The position numbers and the translations under genes were made by a program. Shown here in pieces: positions 12,141 to 20,506 of a stretch of 41,071 nucleotides of DNA. This DNA is from Deltaproteobacteria bacterium (GTDB taxonomy: Bacteria > Myxococcota_A > UBA796 > UBA2385). The stretch is taken from the NCBI GenBank assembly GCA_947462115.1, contig CANHON010000001.1:1-41071 (forward strand). The letters are read 5' to 3'. The notes under the pieces are model-generated. The model was not told the origin of the DNA. It saw only the letters and a program-made list of their open reading frames with translations, and did no database searches. Every line of letters starts with the position of its first letter. Position 1 is the stretch's first letter.

Positions 12141-12335
12141 GCGATCCCCGCACCCCCCCGCCTTTGAGGGCGCGGCGGGTGTAGGATACCCGACAGAGCA
12201 GACCTCCCCCGCGTGGAGGCGGCGGCTCGGCGCCAGCCTCGATCCTCAACCCTCGGGCCTGACGTCCGAAGGTGGGTCAGGCGAGGCGCTCCCCCGCGCA
12301 GCCCTGCCCGACGGCCCCGATCATGGAGCGGCACC

Positions 12336-13997
12336 GTGTCCGATAGAAAGCAGCCCCGGTTCTCTCGCGGCGACGTGATCGCAAAGCGCTTCGAAGTCGA
12401 GAGCGAGCTTGGCAGCGGCCTGTTGGGCGCGAGCTACCTCGCGCGGCGCCTCGACAACGGCAAGCACCTCGTCGTCAAGGTCCTGCGGCCCTCCTTGGTG
12501 GCGGACGCCCGCGACCGGGAGCGCTTCCAGGGGCTGTTCGCCCGCGGCGCCAAGGTCGACAACGAGGGCGTGGTGCGCGTCGGTGAGGTCATTGAAGACG
12601 GCGACATCTTCGGCTTCACCCAGGCCTACTTTCAGTCCCAGAGCCTGCGCGCCCTCATCGACGAGTACCAAGCCGAGCAGCGGTCGTTCACGCACCAAGA
12701 GTCTTGCCAGATCATCGTGAAGGTGCTCGAGGCCGTGGCCGCCATGCACGAGCAGGGCATCGTGCACCGCAACCTCAAGCCCGAGAACGTGCTGGTCCAC
12801 ACCCGCAACACGGGCCCTGGCGGCAAGACCATCGTGCGCAACGTCAAGATCACCGATCCCGGCCTCGCCGAGGTGATCAGCCCCACGATCTTCGCCGAGA
12901 GCTTCATCAGCCGCAGCGACGCCAAGTACCTCGCGCCGGAGCTCTCCGGCTTTGAGGACGCGGCCGGCCCGCAGGCCGACGTCTACTCCTGCGGCGTCAT
13001 GCTCTACGAGCTGCTGGTGGGCCAGCCGCCGCGCGGCACCTACCTGTCGCCCACCCAGCTCCGCGGCGACCTGCCCGAGCACATCGACGACGTGGTCGAG
13101 AACGCCATCGCCCAGCTGGCCTCCGACCGCTACCCCGGTGCCCGCGACATGATCGCCGACCTGCAGCGGAGCTTCTCCGCCGAGCTCGACGAGAAGCCTG
13201 CGCGCACCTCCACCCGCACCATCCTCATCGCGGTCGCCGCCACCGTGGCCGCCGCCGCGGGCGTCGGCTTGTGGATGGGCGGGCGGGAGCCGGTCGATCG
13301 GACCCTCGCCCTCCGCCAGAGCGACGATCGGGTACGGGCGGCCGTCCAGGCCAAAAGCCGCGTCCCCACCGAAGAAGAGCTGCGGATGATGGTGCAGCAG
13401 CACCAAGAGATGCTCTACATCCCGCCGGGCCCCTTCGTGATGGGCCGCCTCAACCTCGATGAGCACGCCAGCCAGTCGGAGCCCCTCACCAAAGAGGTCG
13501 AGGTCGGCGGCTTTTTCATCGACCGCTACGAGTACCCCAACCGCCTCTCCAAGGACGCCAAGGTCGACCCGACGACCAAGGTCACCTACGGGGACGCCGA
13601 GAAGGCCTGCGCGGAGCTCGGCAAGCGCCTGTGCGCCGAGAACGAGTGGGAGAAGGCCTGCAAAGGCCCCGGCAACTGGATCTACGCCTACAGCGACACC
13701 TTCGAGAAGGACCGCTGCGGCGGCGGTTTGGAGTCCCCGTACCAGATCGGCGACGCCGACGACTGCGTCAGCGGCTACGGCGTGCAGGGCATGAGCGTGG
13801 GGCCCCGGGAGTGGACCCGCACCGCCGCCGGCACCAGCGGCGACCGGCGCGTGGTCAAGGGCGGCATGAAGGGCAACCCGCAGCGCGGGAGCCGGTGCGC
13901 CTTCGCGGTGGACGAGTCGGCCAACTACTCCCACGGCTCGCTGGGCTTCCGCTGCTGCCTCGACGTGGGCGCCGCGGCGACGCCCCCGGCCGAGTAA
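12336..13997 (+). CDS. Hanks-type Ser/Thr kinase-like (probable pseudokinase), one TM helix, extracytoplasmic FGE-sulfatase-family domain
   Basis: 553 aa from GTG 12336, with GGAG 6 nt upstream. Kinase blocks: LGSGLLGASY, VVKVL, HRNLKPEN (HRD Asp replaced by Asn, codon 12771-12773), DPG instead of DFG (12855-12863), LAPE and DVYSCGVMLYELL. The TM helix is ILIAVAATVAAAAGVGLWMGG. FGE-type blocks: YIPPGPFVMG, ENEWEKACKG, VVKGG...RCAF...GFRCC. Confidence 0.85.
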   Translation: MSDRKQPRFSRGDVIAKRFEVESELGSGLLGASYLARRLDNGKHLVVKVLRPSLVADARDRERFQGLFARGAKVDNEGVVRVGEVIEDGDIFGFTQAYFQSQSLRALIDEYQAEQRSFTHQESCQIIVKVLEAVAAMHEQGIVHRNLKPENVLVHTRNTGPGGKTIVRNVKITDPGLAEVISPTIFAESFISRSDAKYLAPELSGFEDAAGPQADVYSCGVMLYELLVGQPPRGTYLSPTQLRGDLPEHIDDVVENAIAQLASDRYPGARDMIADLQRSFSAELDEKPARTSTRTILIAVAATVAAAAGVGLWMGGREPVDRTLALRQSDDRVRAAVQAKSRVPTEEELRMMVQQHQEMLYIPPGPFVMGRLNLDEHASQSEPLTKEVEVGGFFIDRYEYPNRLSKDAKVDPTTKVTYGDAEKACAELGKRLCAENEWEKACKGPGNWIYAYSDTFEKDRCGGGLESPYQIGDADDCVSGYGVQGMSVGPREWTRTAAGTSGDRRVVKGGMKGNPQRGSRCAFAVDESANYSHGSLGFRCCLDVGAAATPPAE

Positions 13998-14776
13998 AGC
14001 GCCCGCTCAGCGCGGACCGCTGTGCCGCTCAGAGCCGCTCCGCCCCGCTCGGGGCCGGGGCGCTCAGACTCCGTCGCCACGGCGCGCTCCGCCCACAGCG
14101 CAGCGGCGCGCTCCAGCTCCACCCGAACGAGGTGGTAGACCGCCGGGTCGTGGCAGAGCGCCGTGTGGCCGAGCCCGCTCACGGCCACGCTGCGCATGGA
14201 CGACTCGCCGGGACGCGGCCGCAGCACGCTGCACCACCAGGGGCAGACCAGATCGTGCCGGCTGTAGATGCTGGTGAGCGGCACGGCGGAGGGGAAGGTG
14301 TCCTGGGCCAACCGCCGCAGGAAGGCCGAGCCCGGCAGCATCTCGAGGGGGGAGCGGGAGAGCAGGCCGCCGGCCATCAAGCCCACCCCGATGGCGGCGG
14401 TGGGCGTGCCGTGGTGGGGCGTTCCCAGCGTAATCAATGACTTGACTTGCCGATCCCCGCCGTGGTGCTGGATGTAGTGCCGGGCGATGAGCCCGCCCTT
14501 GCTGTGGCCGATGATGTGGAAGCGCCCGAGCCCGGTGCGCGCGCGCAGCCCCTCGACCTTCTCGGCCACGGTGGCGGCCAATTCACCGATCGCCCGGGTG
14601 TTGAACCGCCACAACAGGCCGCCGAGATCAAAGGAGAACACGCCGTAGCCATCGTGGCGCAGGCGATCTTCCATCGCGTCCCAGACGTTGCGGGTCTGCA
14701 TGAAGCCGTGCAGCAGCAGCACCGGCTCCTGGGCCTTCCAGAAGTCGTCGCGGCGCACCACCCGGTTGTCGCGCAT
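13925..14776 (-). CDS. alpha/beta hydrolase (lipase/esterase-like)
   Basis: 283 aa from ATG 14776; an alternative TTG lies at 14842. The blocks are PVLLLHGF, nucleophile elbow HIIGHSKGGLIA, and LITLGTPHHG. The low-complexity C-terminal tail runs 73 nt into the convergent kinase-like gene, so the true 3' end is uncertain. The track ORF 13925..15268 is over-extended at its 5' end. Confidence 0.7.
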   Translation of the reverse strand: MRDNRVVRRDDFWKAQEPVLLLHGFMQTRNVWDAMEDRLRHDGYGVFSFDLGGLLWRFNTRAIGELAATVAEKVEGLRARTGLGRFHIIGHSKGGLIARHYIQHHGGDRQVKSLITLGTPHHGTPTAAIGVGLMAGGLLSRSPLEMLPGSAFLRRLAQDTFPSAVPLTSIYSRHDLVCPWWCSVLRPRPGESSMRSVAVSGLGHTALCHDPAVYHLVRVELERAAALWAERAVATESERPGPERGGAALSGTAVRAERALYSAGGVAAAPTSRQQRKPSEPWE

Positions 14777-14993
14777 GTAGACGCGGCGGACGCTGCCGAG
14801 CTGCCCGCGGAGGGCACGGTAGAGGCGGGTGGGGTCGGTCAAGGTCGCGGCCACGGGAGCCCCCTGCGCGGTGCGCGGCCCTTCATAGCGGGGCGCGGCC
14901 CCCGTGTCCGCCGGCCCCGGTCGGCGCCCCGAGGACGTGCTACCCTCGCCCGACGAGGCGCCCGCGACGGAGGCGGGCCCAACCGGAGGCGCG

Positions 14994-15581
14994 ATGCAGA
15001 TGACGTACCGACCCGCAGCGGCGACCCGCTCCCCCCTGGCGCTCGCGGTGGCCCTGAGCCTGGGGCTCGGCGCCTGCAAAGGCAAGGAGGACACTGGCGA
15101 TGGCGGCGGCGACGGCGCGGTGCTCCCCGGCGGCGGCGAGGCCGGCGATGGCGCCGAGGTCTGCGCCGGCACCCCGCCGGTGATCGAGGAGTTTCGCTGC
15201 GAGGCCTCGGGCCTGCGCGACGACGAGACCGGCGCGCCCACGCCCACCCTCACCCTGTGGGCCCTCACCAGCGACGCCGACCAAGACCTCAGCGCCTACA
15301 CCGTCAACATCTACTTTGACGAAGAGGTGGACGGCGTGGTCTCCGAGGCAGACCCCGTGTTCAGCCCGGTCTTCGGCACCCTGTCCAACAGCACCTGCAC
15401 CACAGGCGAGGCGCAGCTCGGCGCCATTTTGTTGATCAAGGGCGGAAACCCCAAGCTCAACACCGAGTACGAGTTCGGCGTGACGGTGGAGGACGCGGGC
15501 AACGTCGTGAGCGCGATGAGCGTGCTCCCCTGCATCACGCCCCTGCCCGACGGCAGCCCCGGCGACGGCGAGGGCATCTAG
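14994..15581 (+). CDS. hypothetical lipoprotein
   Basis: 195 aa from ATG 14994, with GGAGG 5 nt upstream. The signal plus lipobox is SPLALAVALSLGLGAC, followed by a Gly/Asp-rich linker. I recognise no domain. Confidence 0.6.
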   Translation: MQMTYRPAAATRSPLALAVALSLGLGACKGKEDTGDGGGDGAVLPGGGEAGDGAEVCAGTPPVIEEFRCEASGLRDDETGAPTPTLTLWALTSDADQDLSAYTVNIYFDEEVDGVVSEADPVFSPVFGTLSNSTCTTGEAQLGAILLIKGGNPKLNTEYEFGVTVEDAGNVVSAMSVLPCITPLPDGSPGDGEGI

Positions 15582-15602
15582 CCGGCGCTGAGCCCGCCGC
15601 CC

Positions 15603-17747
15603 TCAGCTGGGCAGCCGCCGCTCGGCCCGCACCACGCCCTTGACCTGCCCGAGCTTCGACACCAGCTTGTCGAGCTCGTCGGCGTGGCTGACGTTGACCG
15701 ACAGGTCGAAGATGACCTGGTCGCCCTCGGGGGCGCGGTGGCCCTCGAAGCGCACGAGGTTGATGCCCAGCACCTTGCAGACCGCGCTCACGTCGGCGAG
15801 CATGCCGGGCTTGTCCTGGGCGAGCACCAGCACGTCCACGGTGTGCGCGCTGCGGGCGGTGCCGTGCCAATCCACCTGGATCCGGCGCTCGGGCTCGAGC
15901 TCGGACAGCTGCTTGCAGTCGCTGCGGTGGATCGTGATGCCCCGGCCGCGGGTGATGTAGCCGACGATGCTGTGCCCGGGCAGCGGGTTGCAGCAGGCGG
16001 CGTAGTGGATGAGCAGGTCGGCCTCGCCGCCCACTAGGACCGGGCTCTCCTCCCGCTTGCGGAAGCGGCCAAAGAGCCGGGTCAATGAGGTGGTTTGGCG
16101 CTCCGCGGGATCGGGCGGCAGCAGCTCGAGGGTGAGCTTGTCGAGGCTGAGGTCTCCCTGGCCGACCGCGAGGAGCAGCGCGTCCACGTTGCTCATGCCG
16201 AAGTGCACCGCCGCGGCCGCGAGCTTCTCGTCGCGCTGGGCGCGGGTGAGGCCCTGGCCCGCGCCCTTGAAGGCCCCCTCGACGAGGCCGCGGCCGAGCT
16301 CGCGGCTGACCTCCCGCTGGGCCTCCCGCAGCTCCCGCCGGATCTTCGACTGGGCCCGCCCGGTCTTGGCGATGTCCATCCAGTCGGGCCGCGGGCGCTG
16401 ATCGGCCTTCCGGACCACCTCAATGGTGTCGCCGGCGTGCAGCTCATAGCGGAGCGAGACCATCCGGCCCTGCACCCGGGCGCCGGTGCAGCTGTTGCCC
16501 ACCTCGGTGTGGATGGCGTAGGCAAAGTCCAGGATCGTGGCGCCCTTTGGGAAGAAGCGCACGTCCCCCACCGGGGTGAAGACAAAGACCTCCTCGGCGA
16601 ACAGGTCGATCTTGAGGGTGTCGACGAACTCGTTGCTGTCCTCGATCTCTTTGGCGGCCTCGAAAATGGCGCGCAGCTGCGCCATCTTGTTGAGGTCCCT
16701 GGGCGGGATGGCGAGGTGCCCCTCTTTGTACCGCCAGTGGGCGGCGATGCCGATCTCGGCGACCCGGTGCATCTCGCCGGTGCGGATCTGCACCTCGATC
16801 CGACGGTTCTCCGGCCCCATCACCACGGTGTGGATCGACTGGTAGCCGTTGGACTTGGGGATCGCGATGAAGTCCTTGAGGCGCTCCGGCAGGTGGCGGT
16901 ACTGGGCGTGCACGCAGCCCAGCGCGACATAGCACTGGCCGATGTCCGGGACGACCACCCGAAAAGCCAGAACATCATGTACTTGCGACAGATCGAGCCC
17001 GTCGGCCTTCATCTTCCGCCAGATGCTCGTGAGGTGCTTCGGTCGGCCGGTGACCGTCGCCTCCACCCCGCGGGCCTCGAAGAGCGCCCGGAGCGTCCCG
17101 GCGGTGGCCCGGACATAGGCCTCCCGCTCCGCCCGCGAGCCCTCCAGCTCTTCGTTGAGCTGCGCGTAGTCCGCGGGCTCTAAGTACTTGAGCGCGTGGT
17201 CTTCGAGCTCGGTCTTCCAGGTGCTGAGGCCGAGGCGGTTGGCGATGGGGGCGTAGATCTCCATCGTCTCGGCGGCGATGTCGCGGGCCCGCGCCGGCTT
17301 CATGTGCTCCATGGTCCGCATGTTGTGGAGACGATCGGCCAACTTGACGATGATGACCCGCACGTCGCGGGCCATCGCCAGCACGAGCTTGCGGAGGTTC
17401 TCGGCCTGAGCCTCCTCTTTGTTCTTGAACTCGAGCTTGCCCATCTTGGTGACGCCCTCGACCATGTCGGCGACGTCTTCGCCAAACTCAGCCGAGAGCT
17501 CCGCACGGGTCGTGAGGCAGTCCTCCATGGTGTCGTGGAGCAGGCCCACCGCGATGGTGTCCACGTCCATGCGCAGCTCGGTGAGGATCGAGGCCACCGC
17601 GATCGGGTGGATCAGGTAGTCCTCGCCGTTCTTTCGGAGCTGCCCGCGGTGCGCCCGGGCGCTCTGCAGGTACGCCCGCATGATGACGTCGACGTCGGCG
17701 TTGGGCGCATAGCCCCGGACCGCCTCAATGATGTCGCTGACCTGCAT
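15603..17747 (-). CDS. rel: bifunctional (p)ppGpp synthetase/hydrolase (RelA/SpoT homologue)
   Basis: 714 aa from ATG 17747 (MQVSDIIEAV...). The HD hydrolase blocks are HRGQLRKNGEDYLIHP and LLHDTMED. The synthetase blocks are RPKHLTSIWRKM and GYQSIHTVV. TGS-like and C-terminal ACT-like regions are present. Confidence 0.95.
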   Translation of the reverse strand: MQVSDIIEAVRGYAPNADVDVIMRAYLQSARAHRGQLRKNGEDYLIHPIAVASILTELRMDVDTIAVGLLHDTMEDCLTTRAELSAEFGEDVADMVEGVTKMGKLEFKNKEEAQAENLRKLVLAMARDVRVIIVKLADRLHNMRTMEHMKPARARDIAAETMEIYAPIANRLGLSTWKTELEDHALKYLEPADYAQLNEELEGSRAEREAYVRATAGTLRALFEARGVEATVTGRPKHLTSIWRKMKADGLDLSQVHDVLAFRVVVPDIGQCYVALGCVHAQYRHLPERLKDFIAIPKSNGYQSIHTVVMGPENRRIEVQIRTGEMHRVAEIGIAAHWRYKEGHLAIPPRDLNKMAQLRAIFEAAKEIEDSNEFVDTLKIDLFAEEVFVFTPVGDVRFFPKGATILDFAYAIHTEVGNSCTGARVQGRMVSLRYELHAGDTIEVVRKADQRPRPDWMDIAKTGRAQSKIRRELREAQREVSRELGRGLVEGAFKGAGQGLTRAQRDEKLAAAAVHFGMSNVDALLLAVGQGDLSLDKLTLELLPPDPAERQTTSLTRLFGRFRKREESPVLVGGEADLLIHYAACCNPLPGHSIVGYITRGRGITIHRSDCKQLSELEPERRIQVDWHGTARSAHTVDVLVLAQDKPGMLADVSAVCKVLGINLVRFEGHRAPEGDQVIFDLSVNVSHADELDKLVSKLGQVKGVVRAERRLPS

Positions 17748-17824
17748 GATCCCACCCGCAGCAAAGGGGCTCAGCGCCCCGCCCGCGCGGCCCGGCGTGG
17801 ACCCGATGTCGCGCCCCGCAGACC

Positions 17825-18460
17825 TTAGACCCCGCCGAAGCGACGGACGAGCCCCCGGTTCCGCTCTTTTCGCTGAAGCTCCGCCCAAAGCACGCCCTGG
17901 AAGCGCACATGAGCGTGCTCCAGCACATCGTTGACGACGAGGTAGTCGAACTCTCCGCATCCGCCGAGCTGATCCGCGGCCTCAGCGACCCGCCGCTGGA
18001 TCACCGCCTCGCTGTCGGTGGAGCGCGCGCGCAGCCGGGCCTCGATCACCTCAGGCGCCGGCGGCAGCACGAAGATGAGCACCGCGCCGGGCATCGCCGC
18101 CTTGACCTGGTGCGCGCCCGCGCGATCGATCTCCAGCAGCACGCTCTCGCCGGCGTTGAGCCGGTCGACCACCGGCGCCCGGGGCGTGCCGTAGCGGTTG
18201 CCATAGACCGCCGCCCACTCCAACAGCTCGCCATGCTCGACCATCTGGTCGAACTTGGGGTGGTCTACGAAGTGGTAGTCCTTGCCGTCCACCTCGCCGA
18301 TCCGCGGGCCGCGGGTGGTGGCGCTCACCGACCACCCGATGCTCGGGATCGCGGCGAGGGCGGCCTTGACCAAGGTGGTCTTGCCCGTGCCAGAGGCGCC
18401 GGTCACGACAAAGAGCGCGCCCGTGTCTGGGCCGGTCCAGTGATCTGCGGGCGAGGTCAT
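17825..18460 (-). CDS. gmk: guanylate kinase
   Basis: 211 aa from ATG 18460, with GGGAG upstream. The P-loop is VTGASGTGKTTL. The blocks SATTRGPRIGEVDGKDYHFV and YGNRYGT are also present. Confidence 0.9.
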   Translation of the reverse strand: MTSPADHWTGPDTGALFVVTGASGTGKTTLVKAALAAIPSIGWSVSATTRGPRIGEVDGKDYHFVDHPKFDQMVEHGELLEWAAVYGNRYGTPRAPVVDRLNAGESVLLEIDRAGAHQVKAAMPGAVLIFVLPPAPEVIEARLRARSTDSEAVIQRRVAEAADQLGGCGEFDYLVVNDVLEHAHVRFQGVLWAELQRKERNRGLVRRFGGV

Positions 18461-18489
18461 CCGGGCTCCCTTCAAGGTGGGAGCGCCCG

Positions 18490-19455
18490 CTAACCCGTCA
18501 CCGGCCGCTGCCCCCCTCGGCCATCTCCGCGCCCGTCGAAGGGCGCCGCCGAGGCCGCGCAGGCCAGCCGGAGCGGACAGGGAGCGCACTGGTCGAAGGT
18601 CGGCGTTCCAACGCAGGTCCCAGAGATCCCCAGGTGGGCGATCGCGAAGTCATAGGCCACCGGATCGTCGGGCCGAAGCCGACGCAGCGCCGCCGTGATC
18701 TCCCGCGCAGTGCGGAAGCTGGCGTCCCCGCGCGCGGTGAGCCCGAGGTAGCGGCTGATCCGATGGACGTGGGTGTCGAGGGGGATCACGAGCCCCCCGG
18801 CCGGCAACGGCCACAGCCCCAGATCCACCCCGTCGGGCCCGCGCACCATCCAGCGGAGCATCATCCACCAGCGCTTACAAGCTGAACCTTCCGACGGAAT
18901 ACACAGCAGGCTCCGCAGCCCCCGCCCGAGCTCAGCCCAGCGCGCCGGCCCGCCGAGGGCGGCCGACTCCGCCACCGCCGCCGCCCGCAGGTCGAGGATC
19001 AGCCGCTCCAGCGCCGGGGCGAGGTCCGGGTCGGTCGGGGACCAGGCCGCGGCCAGCCGCGCACCGAGGCTGCCCCCAACCCGAAGGCGGGCCAAGGCGC
19101 CGGCCAGCAGCCGAAGATCGTCGCCCCGCACCCACCGGTGCTGCAAGGGCAGCAGGCCCGCCGCCCGATCCGGCGTCCAGCCGCCCAGCCAAGCCGCCGG
19201 GCCGCCGTGGGCGTCGGCCACGTCGAGCACCGCCTCGACCACCGGGAGAAAGGCCGCCACCCGCCCAAAGGCCAGGGCGCTGGCAAAGACCGCCGCGATC
19301 TCAAGATCATCGGGGTGCTGGTACCGCCGAAGGGCGCCCACCGGGTCATCCGCCACCCGCCGGTGCGCGGCGGCGGCGGCGGCGAGCTCGTCCAGGCCGC
19401 GCTTCAGCGGCCCAGCAGGCGGGGGGCCGAGCGCGAGGGGCGCCGCGCGGGCCAC
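18490..19455 (-). CDS. DUF2400 (TIGR02757)-family protein with C-terminal EndoIII-like Cys loop
   Basis: 321 aa; the GTG start directly abuts the yicC stop (TAGGTG). The family-typical block is CKRWWMMLRWMVRGPDGVDLGLW...IPLDTHVHRISRYLGL. The C-terminal motif is CVGTPTFDQCAPCPLRLAC, i.e. Cx8Cx2Cx5C. Confidence 0.7.
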   Translation of the reverse strand: MARAAPLALGPPPAGPLKRGLDELAAAAAAHRRVADDPVGALRRYQHPDDLEIAAVFASALAFGRVAAFLPVVEAVLDVADAHGGPAAWLGGWTPDRAAGLLPLQHRWVRGDDLRLLAGALARLRVGGSLGARLAAAWSPTDPDLAPALERLILDLRAAAVAESAALGGPARWAELGRGLRSLLCIPSEGSACKRWWMMLRWMVRGPDGVDLGLWPLPAGGLVIPLDTHVHRISRYLGLTARGDASFRTAREITAALRRLRPDDPVAYDFAIAHLGISGTCVGTPTFDQCAPCPLRLACAASAAPFDGRGDGRGGQRPVTG

Positions 19456-20328
19456 CTATTCGACGTTGGCGGCCTGCTCGCGCAGGCGCTCAATGACGCT
19501 CTTCATCTCGACGACCTGGGCCGCGACGGCGTGCTCGGCGGCCTTGCTGCCGATGGTGTTGACCTCCCGGTGCAGCTCCTGGACCAAGAACTCCAGCCGA
19601 CGCCCGACCGGCTCCGCGGCGTCCAAGGCCGACCGGAGCTGCTCACAATGGGAGCTCAACCGGGCGATCTCCTCGGTGATGTCCGCCTTGTCGGCCAAGA
19701 TCGCCGCCTCCTGCGCGAGGCGGAAGGGGTCGATGCGGTCCCCGAGCAGCTTGCGCATGCGCTCGGCCAGCCGCTGTTGCAGCCGCTCCGCGAGGTCGGC
19801 GCTGGCCGCGACCACCGCCGCGCGCCCCGCCATCAGGCCATCGACCAGGCCGTGCAGCTCGGCCCCGAGCGCCCGCCCCTCGGCGGCCCGCATGTCGGCG
19901 AGCTCGGCGAGGGCGGCGTCCAGCGCGGTGCTCACGACGTCCCACTCCGAGAGCGCGTCCCGCTCCCGCTCGGTGGTGGTGAGCACGCCCGGCTGGGCCA
20001 GCAGCCACGTCAACGGGAGGGGCTCGTCGAGGCGCTGGAGGCGCTGGGCGACCGCGGTGGCGGCCCGCAGGTAGTGCTCGGCCAGCACGGGATCGGGGCG
20101 CACGGTCTGGCCGCTCTCGACCGCCGTGCGGTTGATGTAGACGTCGATCCGACCGCGATGAATGGCGTCCTTGAGGGACTTCTGAACCCGAGGCTCCAGC
20201 ACGAGGTACTCGCGGGGCACCCGGAGGTTCACGTCACGGAAGCGGTTGTTGACGGTCTTAATCTCGACCACGACGCCAATCTCGCCGTTCGTGGCCTCGC
20301 CGCGGCCGTAGCCGGTCATCGAATTCAT
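19456..20328 (-). CDS. yicC: YicC-family protein (stress-induced; YicC-type endoribonuclease family)
   Basis: 290 aa from ATG 20328. The N-terminus is MNSMTGYGRGE...VEIKTVNNRF. The C-terminal block is GRRLEFLVQELHREVNTIGSKA. The track ORF (to 20592) is over-extended. Confidence 0.85.
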   Translation of the reverse strand: MNSMTGYGRGEATNGEIGVVVEIKTVNNRFRDVNLRVPREYLVLEPRVQKSLKDAIHRGRIDVYINRTAVESGQTVRPDPVLAEHYLRAATAVAQRLQRLDEPLPLTWLLAQPGVLTTTERERDALSEWDVVSTALDAALAELADMRAAEGRALGAELHGLVDGLMAGRAAVVAASADLAERLQQRLAERMRKLLGDRIDPFRLAQEAAILADKADITEEIARLSSHCEQLRSALDAAEPVGRRLEFLVQELHREVNTIGSKAAEHAVAAQVVEMKSVIERLREQAANVE

Positions 20329-20506
20329 CAGGAGCCTCAGCGGGCCGTGGGGGGCGACGGCCGGGCGCCGGGGCAGGGGCCCATCGGCGGGGCGCGCCCC
20401 TATCGCGAAGAAGCCGACCGGGCGCCCGAGGAGGGGGCGTGCCGGCCGGCTGGTGGAAGGGCGACCCGATGGGCGACGCGCGCGGAGGCGCGCCGCGGCG
20501 GGCAGC

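Noticed and set aside
15587-15607. A short hairpin (GCTGAG-N9-CTCAGC) lies between the convergent lipoprotein and rel genes. A similar weak GC hairpin lies at 36591-36610 between fxsA and the Cys-rich gene.
   Set aside because: The stems are only 5-6 bp, have no T-tract, and overlap stop codons. They are plausible bidirectional terminators but not supportable by eye in 70% GC DNA.
17748-17824. I looked for rpoZ between gmk and rel.
   Set aside because: The gap is only 77 nt and contains no ORF, so rpoZ is simply not here.
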